64,000 bases of DNA, taken from an uncultured delta proteobacterium (lineage in GTDB: Bacteria > Myxococcota > Myxococcia > Myxococcales > Myxococcaceae). Shown here piece by piece: positions 21,401-32,990 of the stretch; position 1 is the first letter of the stretch; every line of letters starts with the position of its first letter. Under the pieces are notes generated by a model. That model saw only the letters and a program-made list of their open reading frames with translations. It did no database searches and was not told the DNA's origin. The translations under genes and the position numbers were made by a program. The stretch spans positions 1-64,000 of the forward strand of contig CAVYSY010000023.1 of the NCBI GenBank assembly GCA_963771175.1, in the 5' to 3' direction.

Positions 21401-23199
21401 CTAGTAGAAGACACGCTCGGCGCTCGACAGCAGCGCGAAGCAGAAGGGACGGGCGAACGCCTCGGCCGAGCACAGGGTGAGGGCGCACTCCGTGCCCGCC
21501 TCGCGCGCCTCGGCCAGCTCACTCGCATCCGGCGAGCGGCCGAGCAGCATCCGGTACTGGTGGGTGGCGATCTCCGCGGCCAGGTCCGCGTTCACCGCGC
21601 GGTTGGCGCCCATGCCCTCGGGCAGCAGCTTCTCCACCGGCGCGCCCTGCACCTCCGGGTCCAACGCGGGGTTGCACAGCGTCTGCACGGCGGAGAGCTG
21701 GGTGGCGGTGGTGAGGATGCTCACCACGCGGAAGCGCCCGCCCGTCACGTTCTCCGGGCAGCCGCCCAGCGTGCGCGCCAGCTCCGCGTAGCGCTCGTCC
21801 ACCTCGCCCTCCTCGTCCAGCTTCCAGCGCGAGCTCTGCAGCAGCCGGTAGCCGGCGACGCTGCCCGAACGCAGCAGGTCCTCCGGCTGGCTGATGCGGT
21901 GGTCGCACCCGGGCAGGCTGTAGCCCGTGTTGCGGAACATGGAGTCAATCCACACCTCCGCGTCCACCTGCTTCAGCGGGCCGTACGTCCACCGGTAGGT
22001 GGAGGACGAGGCGCCCTCGGCGGACTGGAGGTAGGCCACGGAGGTGGCCACCGCGTAGTGCACCGAGCGGATGTCTCCGTTGTTGGCGAGCAGGAAGCGC
22101 ACCAGCTCCTCGCGCACCTCGGGCACCTTCGCGGACAGCTCGTAGCCCAGGTACTGCAGGAGCACGTCGTCCACCGCGCGCTCCCAGAAGGCCAGGTCGC
22201 GGGCGATGATGCGGCCCGGGGCCTGCAGCTTCGCCCACTCCTCCGCGCTTCAGCAGCCCGCTCCACATCGTCAGCTCGTTATCGAGGCGCGGGTCCCGCG
22301 CGGCACGCAGGTCCGGGGTGAAGATGAGCTCGTTGTAGCCCCACAGCACGCTGGCGCACTCGCCCCGGGCCACCTCGTCCACCTTGCCCTCCTCGTCCAG
22401 GCAGCGGAAGCGGATGAAGGCGTCCGGCAGGCGCATGCCGAGCTGCGGGTGGTCGTAGTAGCCCGAGTGCCACAGCTTGTAGAGGCGCGACATGTCCGCG
22501 CGCTCGTGCTCGAAGGGAGGCCGGCCCAGGAAGTGGCGGAAGAGCGCCTCCGCCTTGTCGCCCGGGTCCGCGAAGCGGCGGGTGAACACCGGGTGGGCGC
22601 TCACCACCGCGGCGAACAGGTCATACGGCACCTTGCCCTGGTAGAGCTTCGCCACCAGGCGGTCCATGTCGTAGATGGCCTGGAGGCTCGTCACCTCGTT
22701 GCTGTAGAGGAAGCGGTCCGCGGCGAGGCGCTGCTGGACGGCGATGAACTCCTCGCTGTCCATCAGCCGCTTCACCGTGGCACCCCACCCGCCCGCGCAC
22801 GTGGCCTCGGCCTCGTCCGCGGTGGGCACGCGCCCCAGCATGTCCACGAAGAGCCGGCGGCAGGCCTCGGCGTACTGGATGGGACGGTTGGGCAGGCCCA
22901 CGCCCCACAGGCTGCGGCACAGCCCGCGGTTGACGGGGTTGTGCAGGGCCGCGCCGTTGCAGTGCGCCACGCAGTCCGCGCCGCAGTCCGGCGGGCGCGT
23001 GTCGTTGGGCGGGGGCACGTCGCAGCGGCGGAGGCAGGACGTCGTCACCGCCTTCGAAGGTGCCCGGCGTGAGGGGCTCGCCATTGCCCACCATGCCTCC
23101 GGGACCGGAGGCCATCTGCTCCGGCTCGAAGGTGTAGGTGGGCTGGCACGCGGCCAGCGCGGCGAGCACGGGGAGGATCAGCGTGCGACGGACAGCCAT
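21401..23199 (-). CDS. Cys-rich lipoprotein, DUF1549/1553-like helical partner of DUF1501 (frameshifts near 23030 and 22240)
   Basis: Lipobox ALAAC, CRRLFVDMLGRVPT, LFRHFLGRPP, YRMLLGRSPDASE and a C-terminal ALLSSAERVFY. Confidence 0.7.
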
Positions 23200-23226
23200 G
23201 CGCGACTCCCGAGTAGGAGCAGTTCC

Positions 23227-24185
23227 TCAGAGGGCGAACTCGGCCCCGAGGGTGAGCCCCAGGCGCAGCGCCAGGGTGCTCCAGTTCTTGGTGAAACGAA
23301 GCCCGGAGATCTCCTGGCTCGTGGCGAAGAGGTACTGCTGCTCGACCTGGGCGAGCAGGTCGGCACGCAACCAGATGCGCTCGGACATCCGCCGCCGGCC
23401 GCCCACGGAGGGACCCGCCAGCCAGCCCACGCGCGGCAGGCTCCACACGCTCACGCCCTGCTCCTGGAGCCGGCGGATCTCCTCCTGGAGCTCGCGGCCA
23501 GGCACCAGGAAGGAGAGCCCCGCGCGCCCGCCGAGGAGGAGCTCCGTCTTGTTGGCCACCGGCAGCCCGTACTCCCCGTTGACGAACACCTCGTTGAGCA
23601 GGCCGAAGCCGAACTGCCGGCCGCCGCCCGCCGCGTAGTTGCCGAAGATGCGCAGGCCGGCGCCCACCCGCAGCCGCTCGCTCACCGTCGACACGGGGAC
23701 GGTCATCCAGGCCGTGGCGGACAGGAAGCCCAGGCTGTTGTAGTCGAAGGACTCGTCGGTGCGCGAGGCGTTGATGCCCTGCTCACCCATCATCCGCGAG
23801 CTCTCGAAGAAGAGGTCGCCGCCCAGGCCGATGCGCATCTGGCCCGGGTTGGCCACGCTCATCACCGTGGGGGCCCCGAAATGGACCGGGAGACCAGGGA
23901 GCGTGGCACGGGAGCGGGCCGGCTCTCCGCGGCGGGCTTGGGCTCCGGAGCGGGCCGAGGAGCCTCCACGGCGGGCTTGCTGGCGGGCGCGGGCTCCGGA
24001 GCTGCGGCGGGCGCGGGCTCCGGCGTGGACGATGCGGGCGGAGAGGTCGGAGCCGCCGCGGGCGTCTTGGACGACTTCGACGACTTGGACGTCCGGGACT
24101 TCGCCGAAGCGGCCTGGACCGCCGGGGCGAGCAGCAGCAGCGCGGAGAGGACTCCGCAGCAGACGCGGGAGAGCGGCTGGATCAT
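23227..24185 (-). CDS. Outer-membrane beta-barrel protein with Pro/Ala-rich N-terminal linker (frameshift near 23870)
   Basis: Signal peptide MIQPLSRV...AVQA, PEPAPA repeats, alternating beta-strands and C-terminal LGLTLGAEFAL. Confidence 0.7.
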
Positions 24186-24317
24186 GGTGCGCGAGCGGAG
24201 GGAGGGCGACACGGAAGACTCGGGTTCAGGGGGCACGGACCGGGGAGGTCCACTTCAGGGGGGCTCCTCCTCCCGGGTTTCAACCGCACACGGGAGGAAG
24301 GAGGGACAGCGGGGGAA

Positions 24318-24947
24318 TCAGCTCCGACGGCGGCGGAACCGGTTCAGGGTGAGCGCGGACAGCGCGAACACCAGCATCGGCGCGCCACCGGTGGCGGAGC
24401 AGCCGCCCTCGTCCTCGTTGCCAGTGCCCGGGTCGGTGCCCGTGGCGCCGGTGACGGTCACGTCCAGCTTCGCGGTCGACGAACGGTCTCCGCTCTCGAT
24501 GGCATTCCCGTTGGTCGAATTGCCAGCGCCGAAGATCGTGAGGGTGCCTCCGGTGGAGGGCGCCGTCAGCGAGAAGTCGAAGCTGACCTCGCCGTTGGCG
24601 AAGTCCTTGGGCGCATTGTGGATGATCTCGCTGCCAATCTTCTGGAGACCCGCCCCCGGCACGAGCGAGGCCGCGGTGTTGCTCACCGCCACGTTCATGC
24701 CGCCCTTCACCGCGGCACCGCCACGAATGGTGAGCTTGTACTGGCCCGTCGCCCCCGCTTCGAGCGTCGCGGGGCCGGTGATCTCGACGGTCGGTGATGC
24801 ACCACCCTGGTGACAGGTGTTGCACGTCATCGACGCGGTCTTGCCGGAATTGCCAGTGGCGCCAGTGCCCTTGCTGTTGGCGAGGACCGGAGTGGACAGC
24901 ATGCACACCGCGAGCACTCCAGCGGCACCGTACGACGGGAACTTCAT
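24318..24947 (-). CDS. MYXO-CTERM-anchored Reeler-like protein (MXAN_6652-like family) with CxxCH
   Basis: Signal peptide, GNSGKTASMTCNTCH, FDFSLTAP and C-terminal EGGCSATGG-hydrophobic-RRRRS. GGAGG RBS upstream. Confidence 0.8.
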   Translation of the reverse strand: MKFPSYGAAGVLAVCMLSTPVLANSKGTGATGNSGKTASMTCNTCHQGGASPTVEITGPATLEAGATGQYKLTIRGGAAVKGGMNVAVSNTAASLVPGAGLQKIGSEIIHNAPKDFANGEVSFDFSLTAPSTGGTLTIFGAGNSTNGNAIESGDRSSTAKLDVTVTGATGTDPGTGNEDEGGCSATGGAPMLVFALSALTLNRFRRRRS

Positions 24948-25209
24948 ACAACCTCCGTGAGTGGGGGGGTTCTTTCTAACCCGTTTGGCTCCTTCCTCCC
25001 ATGGCCCCCTGACACACCGAGGCTGTCTCACTCCGCACGGGACCGTCACGTCGAAGAAGAGCGGTGTGACCGTAAAACCCCCCGTCTTGACAGCCCCGAG
25101 GACTCGACAGGAATCGCGCGCGGACCGTTCCGTGACCTCGTTGCGACAAGGGCCCACGGGTAATGTGGCGGCCTCGCTCACACCACACTCCGCTGGAGAG
25201 CAGGCAGAC

Positions 25210-27864
25210 ATGCGCAAGCTCATCATCGCCCTGGCACTCCTCGTGGGACTGGGACTCGTGCTCCTCTTCACCTCGCGCTCGGCAGAGCCGGGAGCCTCGG
25301 AGGAGAACGGCCAGGAGGCCACGGCGGAGCGGGCCGGCACGGTGCCGCAGCCGGAGAGCCCCGAGGACGTGGGCGCGCGAGGCACCGCGGACGCGGGCAG
25401 CACGCCGTCCCTGGCCCAGGCTCCCCAGCGAGGAAGACGGGGTGCTGGAGGTGGAGGTCCTCGCGGGCGAGCAGCCCGGTGCCCGGCGCCAGCGTGAGGC
25501 TGTACTGGCGCGGCCCGCGCGACCCGAACCTCGGCGAGGTGTCCTGGCGACTGGCGAGCGCCGGCACCACGGATGAGCGGGGACGAGTGCGGCTCGCCTC
25601 GCGGCCCGGCGGCTACCTGGTGGCGGTGCACGCGCGGGGCCTACGCGCCGCTGCTGCGCGACGTGGTGCGCCCCTACGGCGAGGCGCGCACGCAGTTGCG
25701 TCTCTCGTTGGAAGCGGGCCAGTCCCTCACCGGCCGCACGGTGGTGCGGGGCACGAACGAGCCGCTGCCGCTGGTGGAGCTCGCCCTCACGGCCCACGGC
25801 CGGAAGCTGGAGCCCTGGCAGAGCGCCGAGGCCCCCGCCGAGGAGCGCGTGTACGCCTCGAGCGACGAGCGGGGAAACTTCCGCGTGGAGGGGCTCGCTC
25901 CCGGGCAGCTACCTGCTGGAGGCCCGGGCGCCGGGGCACGCACGCGCGGTGCTGCGCGACGTGAAGGTGCCCGCGGCGGCCCCGCTGACGGTGGCCCTCC
26001 AGGTGGCGGGTGTCATCGAGGGCTTCGTCGTGGACGCGCGGGGCCGCCCGGCCTCGGGCGCCGAGGTGCAGGTGAGCGGGCGCTCGCCCCAGGTGGCCAC
26101 CACCGGCGAGGGCGGTGGTTTCTCCGTCGAGGTGGAGGCCGGCGCCTACACCGTGTCCGCCCGGCGCGGCGACGAGGCGGGCTCGCTGGACAGGCCCGGT
26201 CACCGTGAGCGCGGGGAAGACGGTGCGCGACGTGCGGGTGCGGCTCGGGCAGGGCGCGGTGCTGGAGGGCCGTGTGGTGGCGCGCGCCTCGGGGGCGCCC
26301 GTGGCGGGAGCCAGCGTGGACGTCAGCCCCTTTGGCGACAACGGCGACTCCGGCCGCGCGGTGACGGACGGCACGGGCCACTTCTCCGTGAGCGGACTGG
26401 CGCCTGGTAGCTATGACGTGGTGGTGAGTGCCCCGGGCTTCTCCCCCACCACCCGGCGCGGACTGACGGTGGCCTCGGGCGAGCGCTTCCCCGTCGACCT
26501 CCAGCTCGCGGGCACCGGCTCGGTGGAGGGCCAGGTGCGGGATGGCGCGGGCCAGCCCGTGGCGGGCGCGCAGGTGGTGGGCGGCAACCGCTGGGGCGGC
26601 GGACTGGGCAACACCCCCGCCGAGTCCCGCACCGATGCCGAGGGACACTACCGGCTCGACGGGCTCGCCGCCGGCCGCCTGTACCTCACCGCTCGCCGGG
26701 AGGGCTCCACGCTCGGGGTGGGCCAGTCGGTGGAGGTGACGGAGGGCGGCACGGCGCAGGCGGACTTCACCCTGGAGGAGACGGGCACCGTGGAGGGGGT
26801 GGTGCGCGCGGCCTCGGGCTCGCTCCCCGCCGAGCCGCTGACGGTGAGGGCCTTCCAGCATGGGCCCAATCGCTTCGGCCCCTCGGACATGGGCCGGACC
26901 GAGGTGGACGCGTCCGGCGGCTTCCGGATGACGCTGCCGCCGGGCACCTACGGGCTGAGCGTCATGTCCGTGGGTCGTCGCGCCTTCGACGCCTCGGTGC
27001 CGACGGGGGTGACAGGTGGAGGCGGGGAAGACCGTCCGCGTGGAGCTCACCTGGCAGGAGGAGCCAATCGAGACGAACGGGCTGCGGGGCATCGTCCTCG
27101 AGCCGGACGGCGCGCCCTCCCCTGGCGCCTTCGTCACGGTCTCCGCCAAGGAGCATGCCGGCAGTGATGTACCCCACGGACGAGGAGGGGCGCTTCTCCT
27201 TCTCCCTGCCCTCCGCGATGAAGGCCACCACGAGCCGCCTCACGGTGAGCGCTCGCAACGGAGGGCGCAGCGGCGAGCTCGACGGGCGTGAAGCTCGGGG
27301 AGCAGGAGGTGGTGGTGAAGCTGCGGCCCGCGGCCTCGGTGCGGGGCCGGGTGGTGCGCACCAGCGGAAGCCCCGTGAAGGGCTTCACCCTCAGCCGTCC
27401 AGTCCCAGGGCCAGGGACTCTTCCCCCAGGGCAGCGGCACCTGGGAGTTCCCGGGCGATCGCTTCGAGCTGCGGGACGTGCCCGCCGAGCCCGTGCGGCT
27501 GGTGGTGCGGACGGTGGACGGCGCGGGCGGCGAGGCCCAGGTGTCGCCCAGCTCCGGTGCATTCACCGAGGTGGACGTCACGGTGAGGGCCACGGCCGGC
27601 GTGCGGGGCCGGGTGGTGGACGCGGCCACGAAGGCGCCGGTGGCCGAGGCGCTCGTCTTCCTCGAGGGTGAGCGGCCCTCGGTGCCAGACGACGGGACGG
27701 CCGCCGATGGACGCTTCGTCCTCGAAGGAGTGACCGCGGGCCAGCGCACGCTGATCATCGCCGCGGGTCCGCTCAGGGCGACCGAGCGCCGCCCGGTGAC
27801 GCTGGAGGAGGGCCAGGTGCTCGACCTGGGCGACATCGCGCTCGGCCCGCGGGACTCCAGGTAG
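25210..27864 (+). CDS. Membrane-anchored protein with multiple carboxypeptidase-regulatory-like domains (many frameshifts)
   Basis: Repeated GRVV...G.PVAGA.V...TD..G.F...GLAPG.Y units spread over several frames, plus an N-terminal TM segment. Confidence 0.8.
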
Positions 27865-27873
27865 GGTGCGGCG

Positions 27874-28386
27874 TCAGCGGTTGCGCTGGGGCACCACCTC
27901 CACCTTCATCACGTAGCGCGCCTGCATGTCGGAGGAGAACTCGATGAGGTGGTCCCCCTCGCCGGTGAGGTCCGCCTCGCGGGAGAACTCGCCCTGCTTC
28001 TCCACCATGTCCAGCGCGTTGCGCCCGCTGACGGACTGGCGGATGCGGGCACGGCAGCCCTCCTCGTGGAAGCTGACGACCGTCTCCTCGCCCGCGGCGA
28101 TGACCTCCTCGAGGAAGAAGCGCACGCGCACCGTGGAGGCCTCGGGCACCTGGACGATGAAGCGCCCCTGGCCGGGGAAGCGGCCCTCGGCGTAGCTCTC
28201 CGACCCGAGGATGCAGCCGGCCATGGTGCCACACACGGGCCAGGCGGCATCGCACGTGTCGGCCACGCGGCTGCCGATGAAGTCGGCGCGCGAGCCCCCA
28301 CAGCCCATCCCCAGCGCCAAAACCAACCAGATGCCCCCCAGCCAGTGGGAGGCCCTGCCAAAGGTTGTTAGAAAACGAGTCATCAT
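27874..28386 (-). CDS. Uncharacterised lipoprotein
   Basis: LALGMGC lipobox, Cys cluster CDAAWPVCGTMAGC and a beta-sandwich-like body. Confidence 0.75.
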   Translation of the reverse strand: MMTRFLTTFGRASHWLGGIWLVLALGMGCGGSRADFIGSRVADTCDAAWPVCGTMAGCILGSESYAEGRFPGQGRFIVQVPEASTVRVRFFLEEVIAAGEETVVSFHEEGCRARIRQSVSGRNALDMVEKQGEFSREADLTGEGDHLIEFSSDMQARYVMKVEVVPQRNR

Positions 28387-28414
28387 TCGAACCTCACCCA
28401 AGCAGGAGCCGTCC

Positions 28415-28846
28415 ATGCGTCTGCGTCCCTTGTGGCTGTCCGTCATCTTCCTCGCTCTGGCGGCTTGTGGAAACGAGGAGGATCCACCCGTGGAGCCCAC
28501 GCTCTTCCTGGACCGGGAGTCGCTCGGTTTCGGGCAGGAGTTCGGGCTCAACGCGTACGTGAAGCAGGAGATCACCGAGTCGCTCTACATCGAGAACCAG
28601 GGCCAGCAACCGCTGGAGATCACCGAGGTGACGAAGTCGGGCGCGAGCCAGTTCACCCTCGTCCTGCCCGAGCAGCTCGCCCGGGGAGAGCCGGTGAAAC
28701 TGGAGTATGGCAAGCGCACCTTCCTCCAGGTGGTCTTCAAGCCCACCGAGGCGAAGAAGTACGAGGGCAAGCTCCTCATCAAGTCCAACGCCCCCAACGC
28801 GCCGCAGAAGGAAATCCTCCTCTCCGGCATCGGCGTCAACCCGTGA
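28415..28846 (+). CDS. Lipoprotein with a single Ig-like (ASH/choice-of-anchor D-like) domain
   Basis: GGAG RBS, LALAAC lipobox and IENQGQQPLEI...F...VVFKPT..KYEGKLLIKSN...LSGIG. Confidence 0.85.
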   Translation: MRLRPLWLSVIFLALAACGNEEDPPVEPTLFLDRESLGFGQEFGLNAYVKQEITESLYIENQGQQPLEITEVTKSGASQFTLVLPEQLARGEPVKLEYGKRTFLQVVFKPTEAKKYEGKLLIKSNAPNAPQKEILLSGIGVNP

Positions 28847-28888
28847 GGAGAGGGGCGGGGACTCCAGCGTGGGCCCCCGCCCTCCTCC
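28847..28888. terminator. GC-rich hairpin between convergent genes
   Basis: Imperfect inverted repeat GGAGAGGGGCGGGG...CCCCGCCCTCCTCC. Confidence 0.45.
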
Positions 28889-28892
28889 GGAC

Positions 28893-31184
28893 TCACGGCT
28901 GCCGGGAGAAGACACACCCGGGCGTGTAGAACGTCCCGCCATCCGAGGCCACGCCCGCATCCGGACGCGGACAGGTAGCGGTACCACCGTCGGTGGTGGT
29001 GAAGGACTTCGGGTAGGCGGTGTGCGCGGTGCGCAGCGTGTAGTCCGCCTGTCCGTAGTCCAGCCGGTCCACGCCGCTCACGGCCACCTTGAGGGTGCCC
29101 CCGCGCAGGAAGCGTGGCTCCAGGCAGGAGCAGGCATAGGGCTGCACCGTCACCCGGGTGAAGCCACCGCTCCGCTCCAACCCGTACAACGGCTGGAGGT
29201 TGCTGAGGCTGCCAGCCGGCGAGTGCCAGGCGCGCAGCGACTCCCCGCGGTACGCGAGCGTCAGCGGCTGCCCGGCGCTACCGGTGGACACCGGCGTGCA
29301 GGTGGCCCCAGCCATCCGGCCGGTCCCCATCGCAGAAGGTCAGGTCCAGCGCGAGCCCGTAAGGCGTGCCGCCGTCGGGCAGGTTCGCCACCTCCCACTG
29401 CAGTTCCCAGGTGCGGTCCATCGGCTCGGCAGGGGGACGGCAGCGAGAAGTCGAAGGTGTCCACGTCGGTGGGTACGGCGTCGTAGTCCGTGGGGCCACG
29501 CACGCCCTGCCCCTTCACGGGGTCATTGTTCACGAGCCGCCCCTGGCCGTGGGAGATGGCGCCATGCACCTCGAAGGCATCACCGGTGGGCGGCTTGGGG
29601 AAGGAAGCGGCGCCGTCGTCGCTGGCCAACGGCTTCGAGCCCACCTGCGGAGCGGCCTCGTCGGGGTCGGCCAGCCACTCCACCTCCAGGCGGTAGTCCT
29701 TGTCCTCCGCCCAGTCGGTGCCCTCGTCCTGGACGAGGAAGTAGTAGCGGACGTTGGTGGCGTGCGAGGCCACCGGCAGCGTGCCCTCGAAGTTGCGCAG
29801 GTTGGAGAAATACTCGGACTCCTCGCGCGAGGAGTGCAGGCACAGGGGCGTGCTCTGGTTGCACCAGCCACTCACCAGGGGCTCGAAGAGTGCCCGGTTC
29901 GCGCCGTAGCCCTTGGGGCACACCTCCGCCTTGGTGGCGCAGTCGGTGGCCGAGAAGCCCGGCACCTCGGCGAGGACGTACACCAGCCGATTCTGCAGCG
30001 AGGGCAGCGCCGGGAAGCGGCCCCCCGTGCCGGCCAGCGACACCAGACGGTAGTGCAGCACGCTGGGGGCGGTGTAGGTGGGCACCGTCCACCGCGTACC
30101 AGTCCAGGTCCTTCTCCGAGCCCAGACGCCCGGTGAACTCAGCCGTCGTCACCTTCGCCGGAGGCGCGGCCTTGTCCATGACGCCCACCCGGGCCTTCGC
30201 CATCACCTCGTTGCCGCCGGCCTTGTCGTTCGGGTCCGCCTCGTCCACCACCCGCACGTCCAGCGTGTACCGCAGGCGCACATCCCCGGGTGGAGGCTCA
30301 TTGCCGGGACCATCGCTGTCCCAGGCCTGCACCAGCACCTGCCACGTGCCCCCGGTCTCCACCCTGCGCGCGGTGGCCAGGTCCACGGCCACCACGTTGG
30401 TGCGGGCGCGGCGGTCCACCTCCGCCGTCTGGTCCGGGCGCAGCAGCTTGTACGAGAAGATGTAGGCGGGAGGCTGCTCGGGCGGCGCGAGGTAGGGCGC
30501 CGTCAGGTGCACGTAGACGATCTTCCCCACCGGCACGTTGAAGGAGAAGCGGTCCACGTCCCCCGGGGTGGCGAGGTACCCGGTGCTGCTGCCCACCAGG
30601 ACACCATTCTGGTTCGTCAGAGCCACAGGCGTGGCCAGTTCGGGCGCGTCGTTGGGCTCGAGGGAGTCCGGGTTCTCCAGCACCTCCACCTTGAGGAAGT
30701 ACGGGTTGCGCACGTCGAAGCCAGGACGGCTGGGGTTGGAGGGCTTGTCGGCGAGCAGGAGGAGCAGCTTCGCGCCGGGCTCGGTGAAGGGGATGGTGAA
30801 CTCGATGGGCCTGGGCTGCCCCTGGCCGTGCATGTCCACCTTCTCGAGCACCAACGAGTCGCCATTCTCACGCTGGAACTTGACGGACAGGTTCACCGCG
30901 GTGAAGGGCGTGTCGTAGAGCGCGGTGACGCGCACCAGCGAGCGGACCCCGACGGTGGAGGGCATCTGCACGCTGTACCAGTCCTGGTCCCCTCCGAAGG
31001 AGATGTAGCGCTCCATCTGCTGGCCGAGCACGAGCTGGCACTCGGGCGAGCTGAGCGCCTCCTCCTTGGAGTTGCAGAGGTCGGGGACCTCCTGCTCACC
31101 CGCGTCCGGAGTGTCGTCCGGGTTGTCCGGACAGGCGGTGAGCACGAGCAGCACGAGCGACAGCAGTCGAACGGAGTAAGGCAT
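28893..31184 (-). CDS. mtsF: Cell-cell cohesion lipoprotein, MtsF-like, with PPC-like domains (frameshifts near 30085, 29440 and 29320)
   Basis: LVLTAC lipobox, repeated G.I...GD.DWY / DVDRFSF modules and last position in the mts-type cluster. Confidence 0.7.
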
Positions 31185-31240
31185 GGCAACCCTGCGAGGC
31201 CCCGCCGGAGCGGGGGTGGGGGGAGTTCCAGGCGCCCGGC

Positions 31241-32990
31241 TCAGGGCGTCGGGGGGACGGTGCGGCCGGGACAGCCGTCGACGAAGTCCTCCGGGGTGAC
31301 GCGGATGACGCCGTCCACGGGGGACTTGATGCCGCCCAGCGGGTAGCGCGCACCCTGGAAGCGGAAGTGGCGCACGAGGGTGCGCGCGGTGGGGTCGTCC
31401 GCGGGCACCATGGCGGCGGAGAGGTAGAGGTCGTTGTAGCCAGCGCCGTGCACCACCGTGCCCGCGTCGTCGGTGTCGCCCTGGGTAGGGGCCAACAGCA
31501 CGTTGTCCACGCGGAAGTCGTAGCACTGGCGGCCCGTCGAGTCCGGGGGCCCCGCCGCCTCCAACGTGTAGCGGTAGCCGTCCGTGGACAGGTGCGCGAT
31601 GTCCACCTCCACCGGGTGCGTGTGCAGGCGCAGCTCGGAGCGGCTCGTCACGCCGTCGTTGTCCGGGTCCTGCTCCAGGTCGTCGCTCGCGCCCTGCGTG
31701 CCCCCGAGCCACTCCACCCCGTCCGGCACGCCGTCCCGGTCACTGTCCACCCGCTCGGAGTTGGTGCCGATGAACTGCTCATCGCAGTCCAGCAGCCCGT
31801 CACAGTCCGAGTCCACGCCGCGCAGCGCGGGCGGGCAGCCCGGGTCCAGACCGCCACCGTCCGGCCGCATGAAGCCGAGCGGGTTGAAGTCCACGCCCAG
31901 CTGCCGGTAGTGGACCTCCACCCCGTCGCTGAAGCCATCCCCGTCGGTGTCCGCCTTCGCCGGGTCGGTGCCCACCGCGTCCTCACGCACGTCGGTGAGG
32001 GCGTCGCCGTCCGTGTCCGCCTCGTCCAGGGGGCTGCCCGGGGGCGCGGAGAAGTTGGAGGCCACCATCTCCTTGAGGAGGAAGGAGCGCCGCACCTGGC
32101 CGAAGCGGAAGTCCAGGAAGTTGATGGGCTCGTTGTTGCGGAAGTCGCGGAAGTTGCCGCCGCCCAGCTCCGCCATCTGCTCCAGCCGCTCCGCGTTCTG
32201 GTTGATGAGGAGCATGGGGCAGCCGCCATCGCCCGACAGGTCGCACACCGAGCTCACCGGCTGGAGGGGCTGGAAGACGTGCACCGTGTTGACGCGCACG
32301 TCCTCCACCAGGTCCCGGAGCTGGCGGATGCGCACCACGGCGTCGCCTCGCAGGAGCTGGTCGTCCTGGTCCACGGTGGGCCGTCCATCCGACAGGAAGA
32401 TGACGGAGTAGCGCGCCTGGGCCAGCGCCTGCGCCCCGTCCGGATCCAGCCGGCTGAGGGAGATGTCGCGGTTGATGAGCGCGTAGATGTCCGCCAGCGG
32501 CTTCACGAAGTCGGTGGCGTCGCGGTTGGGCGCGGTGTCCGTGTTGCGGAAGGTGAGCAGCCGCTCGATGAGGTTGAGGCGCGTGGTGCTGTCCAGCGAG
32601 GACACCTGCACGAAGCCGTCCTGCAGCGTCCCCGAGGACGTGAGAGCCTTCGTGAGATAGGTCGAGGTGCTGCCCGCGAACACCATCACCGCCAGTTGCA
32701 CCTCGTCGTCCTGGGGCAGGCTGTCGATGAGCTGCACCAGCGCGGTGGCGCGAGTCCCGTCCGGATCGCTCACGTTCATGGACTGGCTGGCGTCCAGGGC
32801 GACGACGATCTTGATGGGCCGCACCACCTGGTTGGTGCCCAGCGGTGCACACCTGCCCCACGAGGGAGACGGCGCGGTCCACCGGCACCTCCTGGTCCCG
32901 CCGCTCGTCATAGAGGTAGGCGTCCGTGCAGGCCACCACCGCCACCAGGGCCGCCAGCCCCAGCGTCACCGCGACTCCCGCTCGCCTCAT
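31241..32990 (-). CDS. mtsE: VWA + thrombospondin type 3 repeat lipoprotein, MtsE-like (frameshift near 32845)
   Basis: VVACTD lipobox, MIDAS LDASQS, IFLSDG and DTDGDG repeats. ATGA-coupled to the upstream gene. Confidence 0.7.

Noticed and set aside
25210..27864. Programmed frameshifting or phase variation in surface-protein genes
   Set aside because: No consistent slippery motif or long simple repeat at the shift points, and shifts also hit ordinary enzymes, so sequencing error is more parsimonious.
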